Virus record (IMG/VR): IMGVR_UViG_3300032086_004057
Span: 26,208 to 90,207 of that record
Source: a virus
Lineage: Duplodnaviria; Caudoviricetes
DNA: 64,000 nt
Direction: 5' to 3' (one strand)
The position numbers were made by a program, and so were the translations under genes. This document shows positions 49,101 to 58,273 of this stretch, in pieces. Below the pieces are notes generated by a model. The model was not told where the DNA came from. It ran no database searches and worked only from the letters and a program-made list of their open reading frames with translations. How positions within the stretch are numbered: position 1 is the first letter of the stretch; each line of letters begins with the position of its first letter.

Positions 49101-52100
49101 TGTCATTGCCCCAGCAACAATTCCTTTACCCTTTAGTTTTGAAAACGCAAACCAAGCAACTAATATCCCTGTGATGTACTTTAAAGATGTTAATATAGTC
49201 TCTTGCTTGTCTTGTTTAGCTTGCTTTTCAAATTGCTTTTGTAATAATTCGTTTGTTTTTTTAGCTTCTTGATTGGCGGCGGTGTCTTTGCCAACTTTTC
49301 CAGCGGCTTCTCCTAATATTTGTTGTCTTTTTGTAGAATCTTGCTCTCGTAATAATTTACTTCTTAACTCAGCAGGTAATTTAGATAAGGCTTTAGCGTA
49401 TTTCGCTTGAGCGGCTTGAACTTGTTCTGCGTCACCAGCCGATAGCGCATCTGTTAAACTCGAAAGAGCTTGTTGAGTTTGTTGTATATTGTTTCCTTGT
49501 TCTTGCAATCTCACAGCGGCAGCGTCTAGCGCTGATCCATACGCTTTCATCTTCGAGCTACCCTCAGTTAAAGCAGTTTGAAACTGAAATGCTGCTGATG
49601 CTAGTCCAGCTATTGCCCCAACGGCAATTCCAACGGGACCAGGAATAGTTGTTATTGCAATTGCCGCTATTGATAATCCGCTTGTAAAAGCATTTATATT
49701 ATTAGCTGTTCTAGCGGCTTCTTCTCCCATTCCTTCAGTGGCCGACGCTGCAACACTAGTTATAAGAGACAGCGCCGTTGTAGCCGCAAACATTTTCTCA
49801 AAACCTCTGCTTGCAACGTCAGCTTTTTGGCTTACATTTTTAAGGGATTCGTTTACATTTTTTGTTTCAATATTCGGTATAGTAGGCTTAACAAAACTAG
49901 CAAAATTAGTTTGTTGAATCCCCGTTCCAGATACAAAATTAGGAACATACCCTCTAGCTAAAACATCTTTTATACCGCGAGGTTCATCGCGAGTATTTGT
50001 AACTGCTAATCCAAAAGGGTTTCCTTTGGTTGCTAATCTTCTGTCTTGACCAATACGTATTGCACCTTTCGAAACGCCAGCTTGATTTTCGCGTTTTACG
50101 GCATCGTTTAATGGGTTTGCGAAGTTAGGGATAAAACCGCCAGCTTTATTTGTCGCAAAAGCATTTTTTATAGCCCGATCAATAATTGGGTCTTTAGTGT
50201 TAAAAAGTTTACTTCTAAATTCTGAGATGTTACTTGGCGGAAAAGACAATTTTGCGTCTGTAACAGATGCAGCTTTAAATCCTGCGATATTGTTTTTACC
50301 TACCAAGGCTCCCAGCATTTTACCTTTGCGAGAAAAATCACCTTTCGTATAGTCCCATCTGCGACCAGCGCTTTTATCTTTTAAATCTATACCAGCATTT
50401 ATAGCGTCCTCGAATATGTTACCTGCTGTTAGTGAAAGTTTTTCTTGTCCTGCTTTAGACTGTAAATATTTATTTACTTTAGCTATATTAGGGAGCTCTC
50501 TTTCGTTCGGAGAAAAAAGTTGTTTACCTACACTACTTATAGCTTTTGCAATCGGACCTCTTAAAGTTGAGCTTATTATTTCGTCTATTTTACCATCGCC
50601 TTTGAGATTCTTTGGTCTTCTAACGAATAAACCTTTAACTTGTTTAAATGGCGCACCCTTTGTGGTTTTCGCCCCTACAAAACTTGCCGTTTCCTTTTGG
50701 TTGGTAGACAAACTAATGCCACCTCCTGACAAATTACCTTTAGTAGTAATTATGCCAACTCTATTTTTAAGGTCTATAGAGGTGGACTTTTGTTTCAGCA
50801 ATTCCGCTCTTCTTTTTCTGGCGGCGTCATAAATCCCTCCTTTCAGCAGAACTCCACCTTTACTGGCATTGGCTAATCCAGTTAAATCAGACGCTCTTGT
50901 AGCATTTTTTACATCGTCTAATGAAGCGTTCTTGTTTAACTTTACAAAGTTAGGAATAAACCCTCTGGCAGCAGCTTGCATAGCTGGGCTTGCTATAATA
51001 GTTCCTTTTCTTCCATTTGGCCCAATAACGTCTTGTTTCTTTTCGTAAGCGTTGTAAGTCGCCATGAAGGAGCCACCTCGACCATCAAAAACTCTCCCTC
51101 TTCTTGTTCTAGGGTTATTTACCTGAGTGCCGCTGTACATTCCAGAGAGAGCCATAGCAGCGGCTTCTCCACCATTGGCAAAATTAGGAACAAACCCAGA
51201 AGCTTTCGGCCTTTTACCTGCGGCGATTGTTTGGACACCAGCTACCGTTCTTACGGAAGCTCCAGCTTGGCTCATTTTTCCCGCTAATTGAGTCGCTAAA
51301 TTGTTCATTTGAATCAATTCAGCATTTAAGCCTTTATAAGAACCTAAAATTTGTTTTGCAGCAGTGTCTACACTGATTTCCCCTCGTTGAATTTGAGCTA
51401 AAACTTTAGGGTTTTCTTTTAGTATGTTTACTATACCCTGTTGAAGTTGCTGCTGTTGAGCGAAACTAGCGTTCAAACCAGAGAAAGTTCTAAAAGCGTC
51501 TGCGGCAAATTTTCTTAAATCATTAAATAATTTGAAAAGAACAGAAGCAGCCAAAGCTAAACCTGGCCCAGATATAAACTTACCAAGACCACCCAGCAAA
51601 GCTTTACCAATTCCTTCGCCTTTGCTTTCTGCGTCACCAAGGCTTATTTTTTCGGTAATCGCATTTACTATGTCGAGTACGTTTCTGATCGCTGGCTCTA
51701 AAGTTAGCTTACCAACGGCTGCACCAAGTTTTGTTAAATTTTGCAGCGTTTCATTCAAGCCAGCCGCTAAAGTTTTATTTAACTCAGCGTTTCTTCTCGC
51801 TGATTCCCCACTTGCTCTTCCAGCTATTTCAGTCGCGTTTGTAAACACTGAGTATTGACTACCCAAATCACTTAATGAAGCTTTTAACACGTTGATCTGG
51901 AAAACGCCACCAACCAACTCAGCTATTTGGGCTTGTTGCGCTTGAGTTAAAGTATCAAATGTGCCAGCTAAATTTCTCAGAACATTTATAGCTGAAAGAT
52001 TTGCTCCCGATGCATTTTTTGTTTTTACACCCAACTCGTCCAAAGCCTCTAATACTCTAGGTCTTTGAATACGAGTAAAAATAGTTTTAAACGAGTTACC

Positions 52101-52835
52101 GATTACAGCACCACCACGAGCGGTAATTTGCTGCGCTGCTGTTACAATACCCAAAAGTTCATCTAAGCTAACTCCAGCGCCTTCGGCGGTACTGCCTACA
52201 CGTCTCAAAGCTTCTGCTAAATCTGCACCACTAACAGCAAATGCTTGGTCAACCGCGATTAGTTTATCAACAACCGCAGTAGAATCTAAAGCTGCATTTC
52301 TGAAACCGTTTAAAGCGGCGGTGATAGCATTTACCGACTCTTCTACACCCAAGCCACTTAAACGAGCCAAGACCATTGCATCGGAAGTACGCTTTAAGGT
52401 TTCTTCCATAGCTAAACCTTGACGAGCAAGCTCGCCGCCAGCAATCGCTACGTCTTGAAATGATCTACCAGTTCTTTTGGCTATGTTGAAAAGTTCATTA
52501 CCAAATCCAGCGAGCTTCTTTTGTGATGTACCTAAAATTACATTTACTTCAGCAAGGGATTTCTCTACTTCTATAGTGGCTCTTACAGTCTCAGATAAAG
52601 CTTTTTGAACGGCATAAATGGCCCCAGCGGAAGCGCCAAACGCTAAAACACGAGCGTTAGAAGCCGCTAAAGATTTATCAAATTCCCCAAGGTCACCTTT
52701 TATCTTACCAAGGGGTTGAGAGAAATTTTTAGAATCAAGAGTTAGATTAACCTTTTTATTGGCGATCTTATTTATATCGCGCTCTAAAGGTCTCGTATTA
52801 CCCGCTACATCAACTGTTATTCTTGGTCCTGCCAT
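46125..52835 (-). CDS. Tail tape measure protein (TP901-type core), 2236 aa, with inserted domains
   Basis: IEVEKSLAEVNVILG, ELARQGL, AFAVSGADLAEAL.RVGSTA..AGVSLDELLG...A.....ARGGAVIGNSFKTIF; long Ala/Gln helical segments; hydrophobic mid-region. Confidence 0.92.
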   Translation of the reverse strand: MAGPRITVDVAGNTRPLERDINKIANKKVNLTLDSKNFSQPLGKIKGDLGEFDKSLAASNARVLAFGASAGAIYAVQKALSETVRATIEVEKSLAEVNVILGTSQKKLAGFGNELFNIAKRTGRSFQDVAIAGGELARQGLAMEETLKRTSDAMVLARLSGLGVEESVNAITAALNGFRNAALDSTAVVDKLIAVDQAFAVSGADLAEALRRVGSTAEGAGVSLDELLGIVTAAQQITARGGAVIGNSFKTIFTRIQRPRVLEALDELGVKTKNASGANLSAINVLRNLAGTFDTLTQAQQAQIAELVGGVFQINVLKASLSDLGSQYSVFTNATEIAGRASGESARRNAELNKTLAAGLNETLQNLTKLGAAVGKLTLEPAIRNVLDIVNAITEKISLGDAESKGEGIGKALLGGLGKFISGPGLALAASVLFKLFNDLRKFAADAFRTFSGLNASFAQQQQLQQGIVNILKENPKVLAQIQRGEISVDTAAKQILGSYKGLNAELIQMNNLATQLAGKMSQAGASVRTVAGVQTIAAGKRPKASGFVPNFANGGEAAAMALSGMYSGTQVNNPRTRRGRVFDGRGGSFMATYNAYEKKQDVIGPNGRKGTIIASPAMQAAARGFIPNFVKLNKNASLDDVKNATRASDLTGLANASKGGVLLKGGIYDAARKRRAELLKQKSTSIDLKNRVGIITTKGNLSGGGISLSTNQKETASFVGAKTTKGAPFKQVKGLFVRRPKNLKGDGKIDEIISSTLRGPIAKAISSVGKQLFSPNERELPNIAKVNKYLQSKAGQEKLSLTAGNIFEDAINAGIDLKDKSAGRRWDYTKGDFSRKGKMLGALVGKNNIAGFKAASVTDAKLSFPPSNISEFRSKLFNTKDPIIDRAIKNAFATNKAGGFIPNFANPLNDAVKRENQAGVSKGAIRIGQDRRLATKGNPFGLAVTNTRDEPRGIKDVLARGYVPNFVSGTGIQQTNFASFVKPTIPNIETKNVNESLKNVSQKADVASRGFEKMFAATTALSLITSVAASATEGMGEEAARTANNINAFTSGLSIAAIAITTIPGPVGIAVGAIAGLASAAFQFQTALTEGSSKMKAYGSALDAAAVRLQEQGNNIQQTQQALSSLTDALSAGDAEQVQAAQAKYAKALSKLPAELRSKLLREQDSTKRQQILGEAAGKVGKDTAANQEAKKTNELLQKQFEKQAKQDKQETILTSLKYITGILVAWFAFSKLKGKGIVAGAMTAATGATAVAGTASAVAGGGVFAGLTVAGLSVVKMFGALLMGLKLGVVLFAKLAAIVGVVYAALVGLGAIVKFGAEKLQVVSKAAETLGFGSSKLTSALGRAASAADKFIGALTFRGFRQSRKEAKEIAKRESSERYGISAEDVEEGRGISAEGVKQRKSDAKSIVDALGRQLTDDEQEKIRRAGLADLKTGGTEQLQKTLQELGLTAEQAGSFVEGAGSQVYALALDVSNLSKEAAEAAAQTARLQAALDAQAAAANAAQAAIAQASSRNLEFVKSIQLFATNVQKAKRRQKEFTKELTLAGVKGGAQLAKQFQTSFQSTKLEGDIAQLEINQKAGVKQEQLRVKGSKEIFDAVSKFGPVAKALEAAGQGGAGGAAAQTLFANLGNALIQTSAQGGGATAQALQDVINQATGKGGALEGQKIDIANIDGIQSLLTQQLGEMAKAEQTRLEQLRMQGLQTRLAQAQNKIDQELKAGGGIKAFLNPKQLDEMESGFNNAVKGFRQASGRGDSVKTGQFAGQLLSNLNEFIGTEMMGQGAEGLKDLVQSGLEQSLRGRAMARAAVLEQAASETGNQDLARAAEVLRNQDYGSIAATQVAAEFKRQKMPDNIESLLGLQQQLNVMQQEDVIANQLTAQNTAQMLEELSGGKFAEAAANVVANIPLGDALQDTEEGIAAMTRAMIAIPAAIATEFANIEKAKEIKDLQTQRGEKAVELDELIKKAQEDGQITLEEAKAIEKLTSEIQGIDVKSGNLLGSLSEATLKSFDPATAAMINERARIGGVAVTAGGQIDPTALSPDEIKALGPLFGAAVQQLQDIRDNFNVNNLAEDGVETTDTQRAFGRLRNLRQAAINRLQGTGGANEAREFLMDQVRTVQRGIASGTADRENAALQLQGLQELLNRLEQGKLGSQATSGEEFQNQLLALLDSQTVNNSIQIVIDPKIAVGGAPEVISLQADVNKLKQQLGAGAAGANGPRATTVNIPSSSLPLAGTNR

Positions 52836-52856
52836 CCTTTTAGCCTTTTTCCTACT

Positions 52857-52869
52857 AAATATTACACTT
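52857..52869 (-). promoter_or_regulatory. RTGTAWWW motif upstream of the tape measure gene
   Basis: Minus strand AAGTGTAATATTT, 31 nt before the ATG. Confidence 0.5.
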
Positions 52870-52895
52870 TATTTTCTTGAAATAATTCAAAAAAA

Positions 52896-53945
52896 TTATT
52901 GATGTATTTTTAGTATATCGCTAACACTCAAAGAGTCTTTTTTAAGCTCTTTTTTAAGTTTTTCGGCAGCTTCTACAAAATTTACTGGTCTAGCTTGCTC
53001 TGAGGCGGCTATTTGACCCACCTCTTCTTTTGTTGCGCCTGTATAGCTGACGCCTTCAAATCTTTCAGTGGTTTTACCTGAAGAGCTTGTTTGGGAGCTT
53101 GAAGATGGTTTTTGTTTATATTTTCTATTGATAATGTCTCTCTCCCTCTCGAACCAATCGATCATATCATCTACATCTTCTAGTTCTGGCGGGGTATTAT
53201 CAGAATTTTCTAAAACACTTTTGCAGCCATTTCCGTAAGAGCACAAGTTTGATTGATAAGTTGTGAAATCTTTAATGGCTTTACCCATAAAATAAAAAGG
53301 GTTTGATTTCGACAAAAGATAAGTATTTAAGAAAAAAGTACTATGAGCAACTCTTTTTATATTATGACTACTAAATTTATTTAATGCAAAATAATAAGAA
53401 TTAGTATAAACATAAGTATCTTCAACTGGTATTTCTTGATACTCTTCAAAATCAAACAAATACTCTTTTAAGTCAGGGGTTTTATAAAAAGAATAACACA
53501 ATATAAAATCATTAATTTTGCTATTAGCATATTCTTCTACTGTGTTTACTTTGATTTGCTTTCTTTTGAATTCTATTTCTTTGAATTGTTTTTCTTTTTC
53601 TTTTAATCTAGAATCAATAATATTTCTTTGAGCCTCAACAAATATTTTACTTTTTGATTTATTTAAGTTCTGTATTTCTTTAGAAAGTCTTTGATAGTTT
53701 TCCTCTTCCTGATTTGACCAGTTTCCTGTTTTGTCTAAAAGTTCGAAAAAATCTTTTTCAGTTTGAAGACCTCTTTCCAGAGCTATATTCTTAAATAAGT
53801 TTTTCTTTTCCTCGAAAAATGCATAATCGACATCTCTCAAGTGTTTTATGTAAACTTCTTTTGAGCCGATATGATAAGTCGAGTAACCGTTGATTATATC
53901 ATTATATAATCGTAGGCAAAACTCACTTTTTTCCTGTGGAGTCAC
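52896..53945 (-). CDS. Hypothetical protein, possible tail assembly chaperone (GTG start)
   Basis: Immediately upstream of the tape measure; helical and charged. Confidence 0.45.
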   Translation of the reverse strand: MTPQEKSEFCLRLYNDIINGYSTYHIGSKEVYIKHLRDVDYAFFEEKKNLFKNIALERGLQTEKDFFELLDKTGNWSNQEEENYQRLSKEIQNLNKSKSKIFVEAQRNIIDSRLKEKEKQFKEIEFKRKQIKVNTVEEYANSKINDFILCYSFYKTPDLKEYLFDFEEYQEIPVEDTYVYTNSYYFALNKFSSHNIKRVAHSTFFLNTYLLSKSNPFYFMGKAIKDFTTYQSNLCSYGNGCKSVLENSDNTPPELEDVDDMIDWFERERDIINRKYKQKPSSSSQTSSSGKTTERFEGVSYTGATKEEVGQIAASEQARPVNFVEAAEKLKKELKKDSLSVSDILKIHQ

Positions 53946-53954
53946 AAGAAAATT

Positions 53955-54944
53955 TTATTGAGAATCTTTTTCTGGGGCGGAATCAGATTCGGCTGCTTGT
54001 TTCAACTCTTCTTCTCTGGCGGCTTCAACCTCTTCGGATAAAGAGTCCAATTCCTCTTCTAGCTCTTCAGCGATAGCTTCTTGCTCTGCTTTGTATTGAG
54101 AATCTACAGCTTTGGCTACAATATCGTCGGTTTGACTTGGGTTTTCTTCTTCGTTATTGATATTAAAGATGTCTACTTCTTTCAATAATTCATCGGCAGC
54201 ATCAAAACCTTCTTTATCTGTAGCCTGTCCAGAATACCAAAAAGATATAAAATAAGCGAACTTTTTAACCGCAATGCTAAAGTGCTGTTTTTCTCCACCT
54301 TCGCTGTATTCTTCGCCTTCCTCGATTTCGTCGTAAGAATTTAATTTGTTTTCAAAAGTTTCACCATCGAAAACAGACTTAAAGTCTTCGTCTCCGTCTT
54401 CTTTAATGTAAGCTAAATTTAAAGTCCACCAAAGAATGGTTCTATTTCTAGCTTTGTGTTCTGCGGTTTGATCAAACAAAGAAGACTGAATGCTTTCAAA
54501 TTCAACAAGCTGTTGTCTTATAGAGGTGATTTCTAAAATTAAATCTTGTAATTTTTTTGCTCTCTTTTTTGCGTTTTCAGTATCTAATTGTATTCTTTGA
54601 ACTTCTTGCTCCTTTTCATGAAGAAGAGAATAAAGCTTAGAATACTTTTCTTGATCGGCGTCAGTTAAAGTACCTCCGTCATTAGCAAACCTTTTGGCCA
54701 GCAGAGTTTTCGTTAACATTCCAGCTTGAATGTACTTAGACAACTCAACCGAGTAAAAAAGCTCGCCATCTTCATATAAACTTCTCGTTGGTTTAAGAAT
54801 CGCGCACTTTACAGGCTTGTCTTTTTTAATCTTTTTAAACTGCTTGATTTCTTCACCGTCTTTAATTACTGGATCGATTTCGATTTCCTCTTCTACGGTT
54901 CTTGAAACCTTGAAGTGATACATCCATTTACTGTTTTTGCTCAT
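53955..54944 (-). CDS. Hypothetical protein, possible tail assembly chaperone
   Basis: Between tube and tape measure; coiled coil and acidic C-terminus. Confidence 0.45.
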   Translation of the reverse strand: MSKNSKWMYHFKVSRTVEEEIEIDPVIKDGEEIKQFKKIKKDKPVKCAILKPTRSLYEDGELFYSVELSKYIQAGMLTKTLLAKRFANDGGTLTDADQEKYSKLYSLLHEKEQEVQRIQLDTENAKKRAKKLQDLILEITSIRQQLVEFESIQSSLFDQTAEHKARNRTILWWTLNLAYIKEDGDEDFKSVFDGETFENKLNSYDEIEEGEEYSEGGEKQHFSIAVKKFAYFISFWYSGQATDKEGFDAADELLKEVDIFNINNEEENPSQTDDIVAKAVDSQYKAEQEAIAEELEEELDSLSEEVEAAREEELKQAAESDSAPEKDSQ

Positions 54945-54957
54945 ATTTTCCTTGTTC

Positions 54958-55257
54958 CTATTTTAAAGTTATTTTTAGATTTTCAATACTTCTTTCAAAT
55001 TCTCTGATGGCTTCGTTTCCGATATCTAACGTTTTTTTTCTGAAGTAATTATATTTCTTTTCGGATAGATAGTCAACGTCGTCAAGAGTTTCTTGTGCTA
55101 CATGATTTTTTAACTTATCCATCATTTGATTGTGCTCGACGCTTACGTCTTCCAAAAGAGTAAGATGATTTTTGTAAAGGTTTACAATATTCCTATGAAT
55201 TTGAAAAACTAAATATTCTTTTAGCTTTTCTTCGTTTGAAGAATTTCCTTTAGCCAT
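54958..55257 (-). CDS. Hypothetical protein (99 aa, helical)
   Basis: ORF with an upstream motif and AAGG-type RBS, in operon order. Confidence 0.65.
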   Translation of the reverse strand: MAKGNSSNEEKLKEYLVFQIHRNIVNLYKNHLTLLEDVSVEHNQMMDKLKNHVAQETLDDVDYLSEKKYNYFRKKTLDIGNEAIREFERSIENLKITLK

Positions 55258-55273
55258 AACCTTTTACCTTGAT

Positions 55274-55286
55274 TTAATATACACCT
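55274..55286 (-). promoter_or_regulatory. RTGTAWWW motif just downstream of the tube-gene terminator
   Basis: Minus strand GGTGTATATTAAA, 26 nt before the 55257 ATG. Confidence 0.45.
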
Positions 55287-55301
55287 TTTTAATAAAAAAA
55301 C

Positions 55302-55329
55302 AAAAAAAATCCCCCTCCGAAGAGGGGGA
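55302..55329 (-). terminator. Rho-independent terminator after the tail tube gene
   Basis: Minus strand TCCCCCTC-TTCG-GAGGGGGA followed by a long T tract; C(UUCG)G tetraloop. Confidence 0.9.
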
Positions 55330-55351
55330 CTGGTAGGAGATTTGTTAATTT

Positions 55352-56317
55352 TTAAACGCTTGCGATGATTAACTGGCTTTTTGAACCCGCTCCACCGATT
55401 GAGCATGAGAAGGTTGCGTTACATGTCGCAGCGGTGTCACCGATTGAGTTACTAAAGCTCACCGCGTCTAATGTACCACTTTGCAGCTTGAATCTAGTAG
55501 CTCCAAAATCAACAGCAACGTTACAAAAAGCACCGCTACCTGCCTGACCCGCTGTGCCGTCACTGGCTTTTTGTGACAAATCCGACAACGCCATAGACAT
55601 ACCTCTGTCTACAGCAAACGCTTCTAATTCCAAGGTAGCCGTAGCTGGGAAACTTGGCACACGAGCGTATTGGAATTTATTGTTTTGATCAGTTTGAATG
55701 CCAGCAGAATCCTTAAATGCCAGTTCCTGCAAACCTTCTACACCCAAGTCAAAACTTACAGTGGCGCTTTGCGGATGAACATAATGACCAGTAGTATCAG
55801 TAGTTATTTCACTGAAATCAACAACTACACCAGACTGAGTGGCGACATCGATATCAGTGGCGGGCGCAGTAACAGCATTTGTCGTGTAGCTCAAATCTGT
55901 TCCTTCGAAGCCCAAGGTCATCGTAGGAATAGCTCCGACACTTGCTTCAGCGCTCATTGACGTAAGCGAACCGCTAACCAATTGAATTGTAGCGTCTGAA
56001 CCGTCATAATCTTCACCTTCGGTGTTATCTAAGCCGACCAAACAATCAACGTTTGTACCAGATATGGCAGCACCGAGTAGTTCGCCTAAAACCTGAGCGG
56101 GAAGACCGCCAACGTACATAGTGGTTTCCAGATTAGCAACTGGAGCTTCTAAGATAATTCTATCTACAGCGCCCAAGTCACCAAATTGAAGTACGTCTTC
56201 GCGGGTTACATCAAGTCCGTAGTTTACACTTTGCACACCTTTACAGGTTTCGTTTGATATGCCGTTACCTTCGACACGAACGGACTGACTCTGGTAAATA
56301 ATTCTTTTTCTAGCCAT
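55352..56317 (-). CDS. Probable major tail tube protein
   Basis: Beta-rich. GVQSVNYG.D..REDVLQFG...AVDRI and QSATVSFDL..E.L.EL resemble tube folds. It has its own motif, a strong RBS (AGGAGA) and a terminator, as expected for a highly expressed gene. Confidence 0.7.
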   Translation of the reverse strand: MARKRIIYQSQSVRVEGNGISNETCKGVQSVNYGLDVTREDVLQFGDLGAVDRIILEAPVANLETTMYVGGLPAQVLGELLGAAISGTNVDCLVGLDNTEGEDYDGSDATIQLVSGSLTSMSAEASVGAIPTMTLGFEGTDLSYTTNAVTAPATDIDVATQSGVVVDFSEITTDTTGHYVHPQSATVSFDLGVEGLQELAFKDSAGIQTDQNNKFQYARVPSFPATATLELEAFAVDRGMSMALSDLSQKASDGTAGQAGSGAFCNVAVDFGATRFKLQSGTLDAVSFSNSIGDTAATCNATFSCSIGGAGSKSQLIIASV

Positions 56318-56336
56318 AATTTAAATCTCCTGATCT

Positions 56337-56352
56337 TATTTATAATTACATT
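56337..56352 (-). promoter_or_regulatory. RTGTAWWW motif (with embedded TATAAATA) upstream of the tube gene
   Basis: Minus strand AATGTAATTATAAATA, 33 nt before the ATG. Confidence 0.5.
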
Positions 56353-56375
56353 TTATTTTTGATAATGAGAACAAT

Positions 56376-57239
56376 TTAATCATTAAATTGCCTCGGTCTT
56401 CTTGCTATTATTAGCTCATAATCGATAAATGCAGTGTGCATTTGAGGGTTAATTTTATTGTAAGCATTTAAACCTGCTACATTTTTAGATACTAAAGCAT
56501 TATTTAAAAATATCGCATTTCCATCACCTTCTGAACCAGTTGCTAAACCTGTATAATTATACGCTACTCCAGTATAAGCCCCCAAAGCGTTAAAAGGTAG
56601 CTCATCTTGAATAAAATAAACATTACTTTTAACCACATCTTTAAGAATGCTACATGCAGCATCTAAATTATACGCAGAATCAGCTAAAACTATCAATCTT
56701 GCATTGAAATTTGTTTGATCTGTTCCCCCGAATGAGAATGGGACATTTTCACTCGATACATTTTTAACAAAAACGGCTGGAAAAGTTTGAGAATCTGGCG
56801 CTAAACCAGTGGTATCCTGATGGGTTTTTGGTTTTACATGGTATTTACTTTCAAAAAGAATTTCCTCTTCAGAAAGTGTAGTCAAATAAACATTAAATTC
56901 TTTAACTGAATAATCACCACTTATTCTATTGCTTCCAGTGATTTCACTCGTAAAATTAACTTGACCATTTATGTAATCTATTGAATTCAAGCCGCTTTGA
57001 CCAGGTATAATAAAAGTATTATCTAAATAAACGCCTGTCATTACGTCTGCGCCAGTGATTGACACGTCAGAAACTAGCTGCTTGAATGGGGCTGAATAAT
57101 TGTAATAATTAGCGTAAGTTTGAGTGGTCTTTGAAAAATAACTAGAGTGGTTATCAAAAGCGTCTCCGTGTTCAAGTAATTTATGGTCTACGAATAAAAG
57201 TAGACTGCTCATTACCCTGTTGTCGAATTGAGCTTTCAT
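56376..57239 (-). CDS. Virion neck / tail-terminator-like structural protein
   Basis: Immediately upstream of the tube. C-terminal FPAVFVK....PFSFGG.D.T.F..RLIVLAD resembles tail terminators. Confidence 0.45.
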   Translation of the reverse strand: MKAQFDNRVMSSLLLFVDHKLLEHGDAFDNHSSYFSKTTQTYANYYNYSAPFKQLVSDVSITGADVMTGVYLDNTFIIPGQSGLNSIDYINGQVNFTSEITGSNRISGDYSVKEFNVYLTTLSEEEILFESKYHVKPKTHQDTTGLAPDSQTFPAVFVKNVSSENVPFSFGGTDQTNFNARLIVLADSAYNLDAACSILKDVVKSNVYFIQDELPFNALGAYTGVAYNYTGLATGSEGDGNAIFLNNALVSKNVAGLNAYNKINPQMHTAFIDYELIIARRPRQFND

Positions 57240-57241
57240 GT

Positions 57242-57826
57242 TTATCTAATTCTTTTTGTAAACGCTAATAACATAGCGGAAAAATAACTGGTATTTTTAA
57301 ATGACCCACCTCTAACTCTTTTATCAGCTTGAAATGCATTACCCGATCTAGAGCGTTGCCATTTCTTATAAAAGTAACTTCCAAACCCAGAAATACCGCT
57401 TTCTATACCATACAACCAACTTCTCGCACTTTCAAATGGTAAAGGTGTTGCTCTATAAAAAGCTTCCCGTGTTGGTATTTGTATTTCTACTTCGACTGTT
57501 AGTTTGCTTCTAGACGGAATAGATTTAGTTATTTTACCAGTTTTTATTGTGTTTAGTAAATTTTCTACTATTTTTGTGGGTCTGCTTCCCGCTGGAAAAC
57601 CTATAAAACTGTATAAATTGCCGTAACCGCCTAAAGTATTGCTTATATTTGGTGAGCTTGCACCACCTTCTATTTCTCTCGTAACTGGATGAGCTTTAAA
57701 TTCGCTCAAAAGCAAAGCTTTCGATGATTCAACTTTTTCAGAAGCTCTTTTTTTAATTTCAGATTTATAAACCCTATTATTAGCGAGCTTTTTGTTGAAA
57801 ATTGACATGTTTACTTTTTTAGCCAT
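57242..57826 (-). CDS. Putative neck/tail-completion protein (HK97 gp10-like position)
   Basis: Basic 194-aa protein in the head-tail joining position. Confidence 0.35.
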   Translation of the reverse strand: MAKKVNMSIFNKKLANNRVYKSEIKKRASEKVESSKALLLSEFKAHPVTREIEGGASSPNISNTLGGYGNLYSFIGFPAGSRPTKIVENLLNTIKTGKITKSIPSRSKLTVEVEIQIPTREAFYRATPLPFESARSWLYGIESGISGFGSYFYKKWQRSRSGNAFQADKRVRGGSFKNTSYFSAMLLAFTKRIR

Positions 57827-57827
57827 A

Positions 57828-58271
57828 TTAATCCGCTTCCGCTAATATATAAACATAATAATTTCTATTTAAGAATACTTCTTTTGTGTCTGAACTTTTA
57901 ACAAAGAATTTTTTCCCATCAAATTCTAAAGATTCAGTTCTTCCATTATTTATGTAGTCCCTAGCTGTTTTTTCAACTTTCAATTTTACCGCATCATCAG
58001 GTAGCCTTATGTTTGCTTGCTGCAAATCCTGATCGTCTCTGTTGGTGCCGTAAACAATTAAACCAGAAAAAACACCTGAAACTGGAGTGAAGCTATAATT
58101 ATCACCATTTGAATCTGTTCCGTACCCATATAAAAAACTTAAATCAACATCAGCCACAGTCTTTTGGGGTTCTTTATAAACGAGAACTTCTTTTTTAAAA
58201 TAGTCAAAAAAGTCTTGATAAGCTCCTGTAAAGGGCGTGACATTTATAATGGAATTTGAAATGAAACTCAT
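57828..58271 (-). CDS. Putative head-closure protein
   Basis: Beta-rich 147-aa protein in the head-tail joining gene order. Confidence 0.35.
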   Translation of the reverse strand: MSFISNSIINVTPFTGAYQDFFDYFKKEVLVYKEPQKTVADVDLSFLYGYGTDSNGDNYSFTPVSGVFSGLIVYGTNRDDQDLQQANIRLPDDAVKLKVEKTARDYINNGRTESLEFDGKKFFVKSSDTKEVFLNRNYYVYILAEAD

Positions 58272-58273
58272 TA

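Noticed and set aside
52896-55257. Programmed -1 frameshift of the lambda G/GT chaperone type
   Set aside because: The three ORFs are separated by short gaps with their own starts; I found no convincing slippery heptamer with an overlapping open frame. Not fully excluded.
56337-56344. T4-type late promoter TATAAATA
   Set aside because: Seen upstream of only one gene; the broader RTGTAWWW motif explains all the gaps better.
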